This document shows, piece by piece, positions 12,937 to 26,436 of a stretch of DNA of 64,000 nucleotides; position 1 is the stretch's first letter, and every line of letters starts with the position of its first letter. The translations under genes and the position numbers were made by a program. The notes below the pieces were generated by a model. That model worked only from the letters and a program-made list of their open reading frames with translations, made no database searches and was not told where the DNA came from. This DNA is from Octopus vulgaris (lineage: Eukaryota), in NCBI GenBank assembly GCA_951406725.2, contig OX597834.1, positions 42,346,001 through 42,410,000 on the forward strand, written 5' to 3'.

Positions 12937-13289
12937 ATGCATGTGTGTGTATGTGTATGTGCGCGTATGTGTATGTGCGTGTGTGCGTGTATATGTGTGT
13001 GTGTGTGTATGGATGTGTATGTGTGTGTATATGTATGTGCGCGTATGCCTATGTTCGTGTGTGAGTGTAAATGTGTGTGTATGTGTGTGTGTATGGATGT
13101 GTATGTGTGTGTATGGGTGGGTATGTGTGTGCGTATCTGTGTGGGTGTATGTGTGCATGTGTGTATGCGTGTGCGTAAGTGCGTGCATGTGTATATGTAG
13201 TTGTGTATGTGTGTGTGTGAGTGTATGTGTGAATCTATATATATATGTATGTCTGTTTATACGTGTATATGTGTACATATATATGTGTG

Positions 13290-13326
<37 letters not shown>

Positions 13327-13412
13327 ATGTGTGTGTGTGTGTGTGCGTGGATGTGCATACGTTTGTTTGTACATGTGTGCATTCATGTATACGTGTGTGT
13401 GTGTGTGTGTAT
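12937..13412. repeat. (TG)n/(TA)n compound microsatellite
   Basis: Direct reading. Confidence 0.9.
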
Positions 13413-14607
13413 AACTTCATGAATAAAGTTCTTATAATGTAGAAGCGAGATGGGTAGTGGATTAATGGAATCTGTAAAGCTTCGGACAAAATGGTGGCGA
13501 AATGGCTAGTTAAACAAAATACCTTCGGGTACTGGTTAGTTAACATAGCGCCAACCTTAACATTCTGAGTTCAAATCTCGACGAGGTCTACTTTGCCTTT
13601 CATCCTTCTGAGGGTAGTCCCTAAAATAACAAAATACCATTTTCACGAACTAAACCTCTTCCTTCAGTTTAAGCTGTTGTGCATATGTTAGAAATTGACA
13701 TCTTTCCGAACGTGGCTGATGAAAAAAAAAATGTATCAATCTGATGTTGGGGTCAATTAAACCGATCAAACCTTTGTTGTAAATCTAAATTCCTTTGTAT
13801 TGGGACATGTGAAAAAGACGCTAAGATACAAGAATACCCCCAACAGATTCTTGTCATGTAAGCTTGCGAGAGATCATCGCTCCGCCAGTGGAGCTATGTA
13901 ACACTTCTATGCCTCGCGCCCAAGATTAACACCCTAAATAACAAAATAACAGTAGGGAATATCTCGTAGGGGAGCGCAATATATGGAGGCGATTTTTGTG
14001 AGAAAGGAACGGTCGTTGGAGCAATTGCTTGATGATCGTAGGTTGAGCAATTCCAAGAACCGGAATATTTGCTTACAATGGTAAATAAGGGAAGACGAGA
14101 ACAACATTGAAAATATCCTCGGCGGCATATATGCCTGTACGTATCTAAATATGCAAGTTCTCTTCGGGTTTTAGTTATTTAGGTTCTTCCGTTGAGGAAG
14201 GAGTTGGTTTCAAACATAGATACAAAGCTCCATCGTTGGAATGTAGGTAAAAAAAAAACACTGTCACATTTTAAGGTTGAGGAAAGTTTTGCATACCCTT
14301 TGCATACCCTTTCTCTAATTCTTCTCCTTTCCCTTCACTGTTCCATCTCTCTCTCTCTCTCTATCTATCTGTCTATCTGTCTGTCTTCCTGCCCGTCTGT
14401 CTATCTGTCTATCCATCTATCTTTTAAACACATTCTTTCATAATGAGTATAAACCATTATATCCTCTTTTATCCCTTTCATTGTTGAGTTTATTCTTTAA
14501 CTGTTATTGTTTCGATACTTTTTTGGATGCATTCGATTTTCTGGTCGAGTAAGCCTTTGATGTAAGACATTCTCGAAGTAATCTTCTGCATTTGAGAATG
14601 TTATATA

Positions 14608-14840
14608 TATTTCTTTACTACCCACAAGGGGCAAAACACAGAGAGGACAAACACGGACAGACAAACGGATTAAGTCGATTACATCGACCCCAGTGCGAAA
14701 CTGGTACTTTATTTATCGACCCCGAAAGGATGAAAGGCGAAGTCGACCTCGGCGGAATTTGAACTCACAACGTAGCAGCAGACGAAATACCGCTAAGCAT
14801 TTCGCCCGGCGTGCTAACGATTCTGCCAGCTCGTCGCCTT
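14608..14840 (-). mobile_element. SINE family A (tail type 1)
   Basis: Near-consensus full copy ending ccccttgtgggtagtaaagaaata. Confidence 0.92.
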
Positions 14841-15276
14841 TGATATTTGAGAGAAATTGCCTACTATTTCTAGAAAGCCAAGCGACTTGTAATGGACTCT
14901 TGTAATCTCTAACACAAAACTATTTCCCCGCGGCACAGTAATGTTAGCAGTAGTGGTAGTGGTGGTGGTAGTGGTGGTGGTAGTGGTGGTAGTGGTTGCA
15001 GTAGGCGTGGCAAAGGTCATACTTGTTTTATTGAAATTTTCACTTTTGATCTCTAATTTGTTTTCCTTTTAATTTAATCAACTTTTATTTATTTTTTCTA
15101 TTATTTAATTTACACTCGGTTATAATTTTGGGATATTAGCTCGGTATTAGCTGCTCGGTGACGAATTTACCTGGCAGGTAAAAATAGTTCGAAAATTCAA
15201 ACAGCTGATGCATTGGGATAGATTTGAAAGACACCCTCACCTATACACATACATACACGGTCATACATTCATATAC

Positions 15277-15327
<51 letters not shown>

Positions 15328-15378
15328 CGTGCATACATACACTCGGATGTGTGCATGTGTGTGTATATATATATTTAT

Positions 15379-15498
15379 AGGCGTAGGAGTAGCTGTGTGG
15401 TAAGTAGCTTGCTTACGAACCACATGGTTCCGAGTTCAGTTCCACTGCGTGGCACCATGGGCAAGTGTCTTCTAATATAAAGCCTTGTGAGTGGATTT
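15379..15498 (+). mobile_element. SINE family B, head (truncated)
   Basis: aggcgtaggagtagctgtgtggtaagtagc...ggcaccatgggcaagtgtcttct. Confidence 0.88.
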
Positions 15499-16105
15499 AA
15501 ACGAAGCTTAACTTGTATTGGTGCTGTGATCGAATGTGACTTTTTAGCCCAGCTAAAGCTCTACAATGTTTTGTACAGAATTGGCAGCTAAAACTTTTAC
15601 CGGTAATAGCCGGCTGTAGTTGTAACTGGGCTTCATGTATCTTTGCATGTCGTTTAAGTCCTCCTGCTTAATTACACTCTCTTCTACATGCCTGATAGAT
15701 ATGATTAGTATGGTGTGTTACACCACCACCAGTGGTCAGGTTGTCACTGATCTGTCTCGCTTTATGACTACGAAGATGACTCTTGAGTCCAGCTTTACTG
15801 AGGCAGGGCCTTGCACAGACACTGCATGTCAGCATCATAGGAAGACCCATCCCATCTGGAAGTGTAACAGCGCTGCCCTTCCTGACATCCCTCCTTACTT
15901 TCTCATACGCAACTCGAGATTTCTCAAAAGTAGCTGTCCCCTCGTGCACAATCCTTCTCCGCCTGCTACGATCAATAGCTATGCCCTCCCATGTGTCAGG
16001 AGAGATGCAAGCATCTCTTAAGGAAGCCTTCAGCAAGTCCTTTATACCTCTTTTTTGGTTTATGTGGAGGTCGTTCTCTTTTAGCTAACTCTCATACAGG
16101 CACCC
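15497..16105 (-). mobile_element. 3' fragment of an RTE-like LINE ORF with three C2H2 zinc fingers (frameshifted, internal stop)
   Basis: LY/ELAKRERPPHKPKKRYK/DLLKASL...TWEGIAIDRSRRRRIVHEG resembles the post-RT region of RTE-clade ORFs, followed by CSVCARPCLSKAGLKSHLRSH, YQACRRECN*AGGLKRHAKIH and CQFCTKHCRALAGLKSHIRSQH. Confidence 0.8.
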
Positions 16106-16599
16106 ATACACACTGCTGGTTTTATGTTTTTTTTGAAGCGGAGCCCTTTTTCCTGTCTACGTAACTGTCATTTTAGTTGACCAATCTTTAAATATTAATT
16201 TGGTAAGTATGGGTTTATGATGTATATCGATTTTCCTACGAAACTTCGTTGGCTGTTTTTTGGTCTCCAATGATCGATTTCTGTATCATAATTCCTGCTT
16301 CTCCCAACTGCAATTGCTTTTTAATTCGTGTTATTTTGTTTCTGCTTCTGTTTTTCTTTTCGTCATTAATATCGAATTATCAGAATTCATTTGCCGGGTT
16401 TTCTGTCTCTGCTGGTTGACTTCATCATTAAAATCCATTTTGTAAAAATTGCTATCTTCTTTACTTCATTATTTATCCAACTTTACCATAATAAGTATTC
16501 TGCATTTAGCGTTGCCGAAGCAATGTGTTCTTATTCTTATTATTTATATCATTTATATCATTGTACTAAGGGAGGAAAATTCTGTAATCATTCTTTTAC

Positions 16600-16790
16600 A
16601 CTTTTATTTGTTTCAGTCATTTGACAGCGGCCATGCTGGAACACCACCTTTAGTCTAACGAATCGTCCTCAAAATTTATTCTTTGTAAACCTAGTACTTA
16701 TTCTGTCGGGTTTTTGCCGAACCGCTAAGTTACAAGGACGTAAACGCACCAACATCGGTTTCAAAGAGATGGTAGGGGTACAAACACACA
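16600..16790 (-). mobile_element. SINE family B, 3' half
   Basis: Matches the family B tail. Confidence 0.85.
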
Positions 16791-16999
16791 AACACACACG
16801 CGCGTACACACACACACGCACACACGCGTGCGCACACAAACACACACACACACACATACATGCATAAATGTATACCACCACTGAATGGTTCTGCCCAGGT
16901 GTCGAAACCATAGTGATATCCGTGGGGCAGCTGATGATTGAGGTGTGTTGGATTGTTTGTATGGCTGTTATTTTACGTGTGGAATAGTTTCATAACACA

Positions 17000-17210
17000 T
17001 CCATTTGTTTCTCTCTTTTTTCTCTCCTTGTTTCTCTCTTTTTTTCTCTCCTTGTTTCTCTCCTTGTTTTTTCTGTGTCCCTTTCTGTAGAAGAGCGTAG
17101 GCTCGAAACGTAAAAGACTTTTTCTATTCCTGAGCGTTATACTAATACATCTGTTCATTTTGTACACCACCTGACTTCGTCTTTTGTTTTTTTCGTAAAC
17201 TCTCCCTATA
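17000..17210 (+). mobile_element. Family D short element with hammerhead-like motif at 17081-17116
   Basis: CUUU-CUGUAGA-A-GAGC(GUAG)GCUC-GAA-ACGU-A-AAAG; near-identical copy at 26030-26200. Confidence 0.75.
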
Positions 17211-17927
17211 AATCACACGTTCACGTGGTCGCACATGTCGAGCCTGTCATTTCTTACCACACACGAACTTCTCCACTGGACTTTCTATCTACCCTTTACG
17301 GATTCTCGTTTGGACATTCACCCTCCGGCTGCACCTCTCCTACCTACGGATCACCGTGGACTCTACTCTTGATGAGAAATCCTTGCAATACACCACGACG
17401 TCTAAAAACCTTTGAACTTTACGTAAAACTGTTATTATTGTCATTACTTTATTTTTACCAAATAAAACAATGGGTCTCTGCACGGTTTTGGCCCACCCTT
17501 TCCAGTTTCCAGTCACAGAGCTAAATTACCCTATCAAGCCTTCGATTCGTTATAAGAAGACTATAAGTGATAAAACAACTTGCCCATTGAGCCGTGTAAC
17601 GAGTTCGAAACTCAAAGCATCTGATCGCAAAACCAATATTTCAAGTAAAACTAGTTAAAAATACCTCTTTCCAAACACACACAATCACATATGGACAGAA
17701 TATCAAAATCTCTTGTGACAGCGTAAACATAACAAAAGAAAACAAAATACAAAGAAAATAAAATTCGAAATTGTACCCCCCCCCCCGACCGCCTTTACAC
17801 ATCACCACCACTACCAGCACCACCGCCGCCAAAAAGAAACAGAAATTTTAAAAAAGGAGATATTTACTGGAAAGTTTTATTTTCTCGAGTATACTTCACA
17901 TTGTATATGGTGACGATAGTGATGATG

Positions 17928-17958
<31 letters not shown>

Positions 17959-18276
17959 CGACGTCGATGGTGATGATGATGAAAGGATGATGAAGATGGC
18001 GATGGTGAAAATGATGATGATGTTGATAATGGTGATGATGGTGATGGTGATGGTGATGATCATGATGATGGCGGTAGTGGTGGTGTTAATGATGACGATA
18101 ATGGATGGCGACCACGAAGATTACGGATGCTGCAGCCACTACTGTTGATGATGATGATGATGTTGGTGGTGATGAGGCTGATGATGATGAGGATGGATGA
18201 TGATCAGAATAATGATAATAGTGTAACAAAATGCTCGTTCTGATAATCTGCAGTAACTTTAGTGTAGAATATATAC

Positions 18277-18339
<63 letters not shown>

Positions 18340-18346
18340 AATGTAG

Positions 18347-18388
<42 letters not shown>

Positions 18389-18508
18389 CACACACATATA
18401 TATATATGTATACATATATACATATACATACATATCTAAATATATGTATATATATATATATATACATATATTTATATATATATATATATATCTAAATATA
18501 TGTATATA

Positions 18509-18589
<81 letters not shown>

Positions 18590-19134
18590 ATATGTGCATA
18601 CATATAGGAGCAAAGTTACGAAAAATAAAAAAGTAAAAGCACTAAAAAAACAAAAACAAACATGGTTGTTGCAAATGGTGATGTGGGAAGCTGTTTTTGC
18701 ATCTCTTCTTTGTTTGTTTGTTTTTCCTTTTTTTTTGTCTTTTTCGAAAACGTCACAAAGTATTGAAGTTGTGAAGAAAAAAAAGACAACATACAAATAA
18801 CAAAAATAACAAAAAAACAAAACAAAAACAAGCCAACAATAATAGCGAAACAAGTTTCTTAAGTTCTCCTGTGTTAGTAGGACCCAGCTGGCGACTCAAA
18901 ATCTGTGTGAAATAGACTTCGGGCTTTCTTCATCACACAATGTGTCTCTATACTCCCTCTCTCTCTGACTCTTACTGTCTTTTTCTCACTTTCTCTCCCC
19001 CTCTCTCTATCTCTCCCTTACATCATTTCACTCTATTTGTGTCTCTCGTTGTCTTCTCTTCTCTCTCTCTCTTTATCTCGTATTCTTTCTCTCTCTCTCT
19101 CTCGCGCTATTCGTCTCTCTCTCTCTCGCTATTC

Positions 19135-19175
<41 letters not shown>

Positions 19176-20002
19176 GCTGACACTTTCACAGTTTCGGTTT
19201 TGTTTACTGTGAAGTGACAACCAACTCGATATAGAACTGACAATATACACTCGACTAAAAACATTGCATCCATACATGAACGCATGCACAACAAACACAC
19301 ACACACACATACACACACACAAACACACACACACACACACACACACATATAAATATATACACACATACACAAACGTTTTACAAACACTCATACACACACA
19401 AACAAACACACACATATAAATATATACACGCATACACAAACGTGTACAAACAAACACACACACACACAAACAAACACACACAAATATAAATATATACACG
19501 CATACACAAACGTGTACAAACAAACACACACACACACACACACACACAGACACACACATATATATGTATGTATGTATGTATATGTATGTGTAAGTAGACA
19601 CATAGATATGTATTAACATCTTTATGTAAATTATGTTTGTGTATGTCTAAGCATGCGTGTGTGTATTCATACGCACACATAAGTGTATATATTTAAAGAT
19701 AAGTATTCAGAGAGAAATACATACATAAACACATACAAGCATACACACGCACATGCATACACAAACACAAACACGTATACACACACAGGTATGTATATGT
19801 GTATATATATATATATATTCATTTTTGCATGTGTATATGTATATATATATATGTACGTATATATGTGTGTTTATGCGTATATATATGTATATATATATAT
19901 ATGTGTGCGTATATGTGCATATATATATACATATATAAACATATACATACATAAATATGTATATATATATGTCTATATATATATATATATATATAAACAT
20001 AC

Positions 20003-20051
<49 letters not shown>

Positions 20052-20061
20052 CATACATACA

Positions 20062-20108
<47 letters not shown>

Positions 20109-20819
20109 GTAATTTATGCTATATTGTTAAGTTCGCCGGATTTGTTATGGTTAAAAAGAAATAACGAGAAATAAAAATAAAGAATTAAAGAAAAACGAAG
20201 AATAATTTTTGGGAAAGGAACGAAAAGTGAATTTGGAAACAAGTTTTTAAACCCACCCCACCCGCCTTCCCGTCCTTCCCACCATTGACAGTGAATGATC
20301 CCACGAGATTGGAATAGCAGTTAGCCTTGGGTGGAAAAAAAATACAAATTTTTCAACTTTTTTTTTCTAATAATCACGACGAAAACCATACGCATGAGAG
20401 GAGGAAGAGGAGGTGGAGGAGGAGGAGGAGGAAGACAAGAGCACCAAAAACAACAACAGCAACAGCAACAACAATGATGATACTAATAATAACAACCACA
20501 ATTGTAATAATTTTAACTTAAGAACAAGACTACAACAAAACCACAAGGAAGAACAAACATAACAACGTTAAGAAGAGCAGAAACAGTGGTTAGTAGATGT
20601 ATCAACAATGGAAAGATGAACTGGAAAAGGGAAGGATGCAGAGGAGGAGGAGAGGAGCAGAAGGAGCAGGTGGAAGTGCAGAGCAGTAATAAACAGACAC
20701 AGTGTTTGTGTTCAAGCCCAACCAGAGAATCCTATGGAGAGAGGGGTACGTTACTTACACAGCTGTACCGTACCTAAAACCAACCCCAACCCCCCCAAAC
20801 ATAACCAACAACGATGCAT

Positions 20820-20825
20820 ATAATG

Positions 20826-20907
<82 letters not shown>

Positions 20908-20984
20908 TGATGATAATGATAATAATAATAATAATAATAATGATGATAATAATAAAGATAATGATAATAATAATAAAAATAATG

Positions 20985-21052
<68 letters not shown>

Positions 21053-21112
21053 AATGATAATAATAATAATGATAATAATAATAACAACAATAACAATAAT
21101 AATAATGATAAT

Positions 21113-21176
<64 letters not shown>

Positions 21177-21252
21177 ATAATAATAATAATAATATTAATA
21201 ATAATGATAATAATAATAATGATAACAATAATAATAATAATAATAATAATAA
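20820..21252. repeat. (AAT)n/(GAT)n microsatellite
   Basis: Direct reading. Confidence 0.97.
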
Positions 21253-21424
21253 TTGTATTTTTTTTGTTGTTGCTGTAGTTTCAGCTCATAGCTGCGGCCA
21301 TGCTGATGCACCGCCGTTAAAAGGCAAAGACGTCCTCGGTGGAATCTGAACCCAGAATGTCGAAACAGACTCAATGCTACGAGTCTTTGATCCTGCGTGT
21401 TAACGACTCTGCCAGCTCGTCGTA

Positions 21425-21672
<248 letters not shown>

Positions 21673-21850
21673 GCCCTGGCTCTCATGGCTTCTGATCTGA
21701 ACTGATTGGAAGTGTTATCACGTACTTTGTTTTGTCTTGGTATAAAAGATGGGTGACAGCAAATATTCTGCTCAATACCACAGATTTGCTTGTCAGTTGT
21801 TTGACCTTAACCAGTTGAGCATGTCCCTTAGTGGCTGATGATATGTCCAT

Positions 21851-21880
<30 letters not shown>

Positions 21881-21882
<2 letters not shown>

Positions 21883-22200
21883 GGCGAAGGAGTGGCTGTG
21901 TGGTAAGTTGCTTGCTTGCCAACAACATGGTTTCAGGTTCAGTGCCACTGCGTGACAACTTGGGCGAGTGTCTTCTACTATAGCCTCGGTCCGACCAAAG
22001 CCTTGTGAGTGGATTTGGTAGACAGAAACTGAAAGAAGCAATCGTATATATGGATGTGTATGTAGTTGCTCCTCCTCCCACCGCCCTGGAAGACCAGAAC
22101 TGATTTTGTATAATCTCATAGAGTAGCGGTTTGGCGAAAGAGACCGATAGAATAAATACCAGACTTAGAATAAGTACTGGGGTCGATTTATTCGACAAAA
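21881..22200 (+). mobile_element. SINE family B
   Basis: Head plus partial tail. Confidence 0.8.
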
Positions 22201-22631
22201 CTCTTAACACTTTGTCCGGCGTGCTTACGTTTCTTATTTCTTTATTGCTAAACGTAGAGGGGACAAACAAGGACAGGCAAAGGGATTAAGTCTATTACAT
22301 CGACCCCAGTGCATAAATGGTACTTAATTTATCGACCCCGAAAGGCAAAGTCAACCTAGGCGGAATTTGAACTCAGAACATAACAGCAGACGAAATACCT
22401 ATTTCTTTACTACCCACAAGGGGCTAAATACAGAGGGACCAAACAAGGACATACAAATGGATTAAGTTGATTATATCAACCCAGTGTGTAACTGGTACTT
22501 ATTTAATCGACCCCAAAAGGATGAAAGGCGAAGTCGACCTCGGCGGAATTTGAACTCAGAACGTAACGGCAGACGAAATACCGCTAAGCATTTCGCTCGG
22601 CGTGCTAACGTTTCTGCCAGCTCGCCGCCTT
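22200..22631 (-). mobile_element. Trimeric SINE A (third unit truncated)
   Basis: Same unit order and junctions as 9638-10180. Confidence 0.85.
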
Positions 22632-22664
22632 AATGCTACTACTAATTATAATGTTTTTAACGCA

Positions 22665-23108
22665 CAGACAAAACGCTTAGCGGCATTTTGTCTGCCTTTG
22701 CATTCTGAGTTCAAATTTCGCCGAGGTCGACATTGTCTCTCAATCTTTCGGGAGATCGATAAAATAGGTACCAGTTGCGTACTGGTGTCAATGTAATCGA
22801 CTTAATACCACTTTGCCTACCCCACCCCTACCCAACTGCAGGCCTTGTGCCAAAATTTGAAACCAATATTGCTTTCCTTTTTTACACAATGCCAGTACTT
22901 TTAAGGAGAAAGGTGTCTGTCGATTATATCGACCCCCAGTGCTTCAATAGCATGTAATCTTATCTTATCGATCCTGAAAAGATGAAAGACAAAATTAACT
23001 TTAACGAGGATTCGAACGCAGAGCGATAAGTTGGTAAAAATTCAAAAAATTGCTTCGAAGTAATGTTTTGTTTCCTACACGTTAACAATTGAGCCAGCAC
23101 ACCGCCTT
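22665..23108. mobile_element. Two SINE A copies, tail to tail
   Basis: Plus-strand copy 22665-22865; decayed minus-strand copy 22870-23108. Confidence 0.7.
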
Positions 23109-23307
23109 GGCGAAGCAAAAAAAGTTATAATGAATGGCAATGAAACACGAAACAGAAGCTAAGAAGATCAGCAGTACTATTATTCTTATCATTAAAAGCG
23201 ATAATTAGATAATGATAATTAATATAACATTTTCTTGTTCGGTTAGGAGCATTTTTTTTCTCTCTCGTTATCAACAAAATGATCATGCGCATGCCGTAGG
23301 TATGTGT

Positions 23308-23371
<64 letters not shown>

Positions 23372-23470
23372 TGTGTGTGTGTGTGTGTATTATTTTCTGA
23401 GATATGAAAACTATACATATGCAACTATTGCACTATGTTCATGAATTTATATCGCATACACGCGCGTACA

Positions 23471-23505
<35 letters not shown>

Positions 23506-23578
23506 GCTCACATACGCATATACATACATAGATATTCCTCTAGTGTGCGTATATAGAGATGTATATATATATAATATG

Positions 23579-23620
<42 letters not shown>

Positions 23621-24957
23621 CGTATGCATATGTCTGTGTATATACAAATGTATATACGTGCAGGCACACACACACATACACGTATATATATATATATATA
23701 TACACCATGCACACACACACACACATATATATGTTTCACAGTGACACAAAAACCAAAAACTGAGGTGGGTGAGAGAACAATATATATATACATATATACA
23801 TCAACCCCACACATAAATGTTTATATATGTGTGTGTGTGTGTGTGTATGTGCGTGTGTGTGCATATGCATGTGTGTATGTTCATGCACGCTCATACGTAT
23901 GCACACACGCATACTTATACACGTGACGTAGACGCGTTTCATCAGGCTATAATTATTCTGTACACGGATTACTTTCATTTTTTTTTCTGTCGTTCAAACA
24001 GAAAAAAAATAATAAATAAATGAAGAAACCGATAAACAAAAAAAAAAAATATGAAAAATGAGACAACAATAATAAATAACAAATGAAAGTGTAAGCGTGT
24101 GCATATTTCACATTCAGACACAAACAGATTACACACACACATACACACGCGCGTACACGAGCGCACGTACGCATAGCGGTACGCACGCAAACCTAAACAC
24201 ACTCGAACACAAAACGTCTTTATTAATGCATCTATGTTGCTCGTCTGTCACCGGTTTCCCAGATGTTTTCGTACCAGTAACCTGACTACCATTTGTAGAA
24301 ATATCCGAGTTTCCTGCTGGGCAGGAATCATTCGAAATAACCACCTGCTTCCTGTCATTTCATTTTGTGCACACATATTTTATTATAATTATTTATTATT
24401 TATGCTTTTTGTTTTTTGTTTTGTATTTTTGGTTAAACATTAGCAATTGGTGAAAGATAGCGTCGTTGGTTACAGGTTTCCAAAAGCACCAGCCACTGGT
24501 TCACTTCATTCCCAACGATTAGACCGACAAGGGAGTATCTGTAACTCGCTGTAGGGAAAATATCACAGAGGACTCCTTTGGAAGAACACAGATTTTATTT
24601 TTTTTAACGATTTTGTCTTATCGGCGATTACATCTATTGCCGAAACACAGGGGAATTTGACATATATATATACGTGTGCATATATATATGTATATATATA
24701 GATTTAGATAATATAAAAGCATAATACATACATACACACACACGCACACACACACACACACATATATATATATACGTATATCTATACATATCACATACAT
24801 ATATGTGTATGTGTATATATATATATATATATGCATGTATGTACGTATATATTGACTCCATACACACGTGTGTGTGTATATACATGTTCACACACACACA
24901 CACATATACACATAGATTTATATAAACATACACACATCTTCAGCAATGGTTTGTATA

Positions 24958-25215
24958 GAGGGATCGCGGGTTCGAATCTCAGACCGTACGATGTGTGTGT
25001 TTATGAGCGAAACACCGAAACTCCACGCGGCTCCGGCAGAAGATAATGGCAAACCTCTGCTGACTCTTTCGCCACAACTTACCCTCACTCTTTCCTTCTG
25101 CATCTTGTAGCTCACCTGCAAAGGACCGGCTTTCCGTCCAGGTGGGGAACCTATACGCTAAGGAAACCGGGAAACCGGCCCTTATGATCCGGACATGGCT
25201 TGAGAAGGAACAAAC
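24958..25215 (+). mobile_element. SINE family C (5'-truncated)
   Basis: B box gggttcgaatctc; body matches 31809-32113 and 47402-47688. Confidence 0.88.
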
Positions 25216-25317
25216 ATACAAAAATATAGAGCAAGACCCAAATGTATACTCTATGCAAAAGTATAGAGCAAGACCTCAGATAAATGTACAAAATGTTTTT
25301 ATTATAATTAAACGAAA

Positions 25318-25522
25318 AAGCGGTGAGCTGGCAGAATAGTTAGCACGCACAGCAAAATACTAAGGGTTATTTCATCTGTCTTATGTTCTGAATTCAAATT
25401 CCGCCGAGGTTGACTTTGCCTTTCATCCTTTCGGGATCGATAAATTACGTTGCGTTCTGGGGTCGATCTAATCAACTGCCCCCTCCACCCAAATTTTGGG
25501 CCTTGTGCCTAGAGTGGAAAAG
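25318..25522 (+). mobile_element. SINE family A (tail type 2)
   Basis: Family A head, body and tail. Confidence 0.88.
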
Positions 25523-25588
25523 GTTATAACTAAACATAAAAACAAAATCTAATATATATATATGTACACACTCACATACACACATATA

Positions 25589-25990
25589 ATTTAAAATGAG
25601 GGTGAAAAATTGGATATTAATTTGATTAACATTAATGTAAAACCAGTGGTCTAGCATATTAAAATCTGAAGGTTCAATAAATTGTATTATATACAAATGA
25701 GAGAGATGACCACTGTGTGGACAAGCCTTATGCTAGAAGGAGATCCCCATATGGTCTAACCTCTACAAAATGTCCTAAAAAAATTTAGCAAACACCAGAA
25801 CGTAAGCGAGCAAGACAAATGAAAAGTAAGAAAAATATGGATTAATCATAAACATGTTTCACTATCATCAGTTACGCTTACGTACTGATGTTTGCTAAGT
25901 TTTCTTGATAACATTTCTTAGTGGTAAGACCATAGCGGATCTACTTCCAGCATAAGGGTTGTCCACATAGTGGACATCACTCTCATATGT
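25589..25990. mobile_element. Family E element with partial inverted copy and collapsed hammerhead-like core (25846-25873, -)
   Basis: aaaaccagtggtctagcatat...atgaccact...gtggac shared with the 39998, 58824 and 59184 copies; minus strand reads CUGAUGA-UAGU-GAA-ACAUGU-U. Confidence 0.65.
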
Positions 25991-26029
25991 ATAGATATCA
26001 TGATAGATTGTTAGCCACTACACACATTC

Positions 26030-26193
26030 TTTTTCTCTTCTTGTTTCTCTCCTTGTTTTTTTCTGTGTCCCTTTCTGTAGAAGAGCGTAGGCTCGAAACG
26101 TAAAAGACTTTTTTCTGTTTCTGACCGTTATACTAATACATCTGTTTGTTTTGTACACCACCTGTCTTCGGCTTTTGTTTTCTCGCAAACTCT

Positions 26194-26200
<7 letters not shown>
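26030..26200 (+). mobile_element. Family D short element with hammerhead-like motif at 26071-26106
   Basis: Same motif as 17081-17116; runs into (TA)n. Confidence 0.75.
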
Positions 26201-26259
<59 letters not shown>

Positions 26260-26299
26260 ATTGCAGCGTGGAAGGTGTTTGTAAGCCATTTAAGTATAA

Positions 26300-26350
26300 T
26301 TTGTCAAAATATTTTCGTCGCTTTAAGACCGCGACCTGTTCACTGACAAA
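26300..26350 (-). ncRNA. Minimal type I hammerhead-like motif, G3-C8 core variant
   Basis: UUUGUCA-GUGAACA-G-GUCGC(GGUCUUAAA)GCGAC-GAA-AAUAUU-U-UGACAAA. Confidence 0.7.
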
Positions 26351-26386
26351 AAATCCGTGCTGCCTCTCGGAGATGCAGCACGGATT

Positions 26387-26436
26387 TTTGTCACTGAACA
26401 GGTCGCGGATTTTAGCGACGAAAATATTTTGACAAA
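26387..26436 (+). ncRNA. Minimal type I hammerhead-like motif, C3.C8 mismatch copy
   Basis: UUUGUCA-CUGAACA-G-GUCGC(GGAUUUUA)GCGAC-GAA-AAUAUU-U-UGACAAA. Confidence 0.55.

Noticed and set aside
16878-16945. cactgaatgg...gaaaccatagtg with a nearby ctgatga
   Set aside because: Forms a simple hairpin; the core elements are not in hammerhead register.
21673-21857. Non-simple stretch that resembles a dispersed repeat from memory
   Set aside because: Single copy in this window; cannot be supported without a search.
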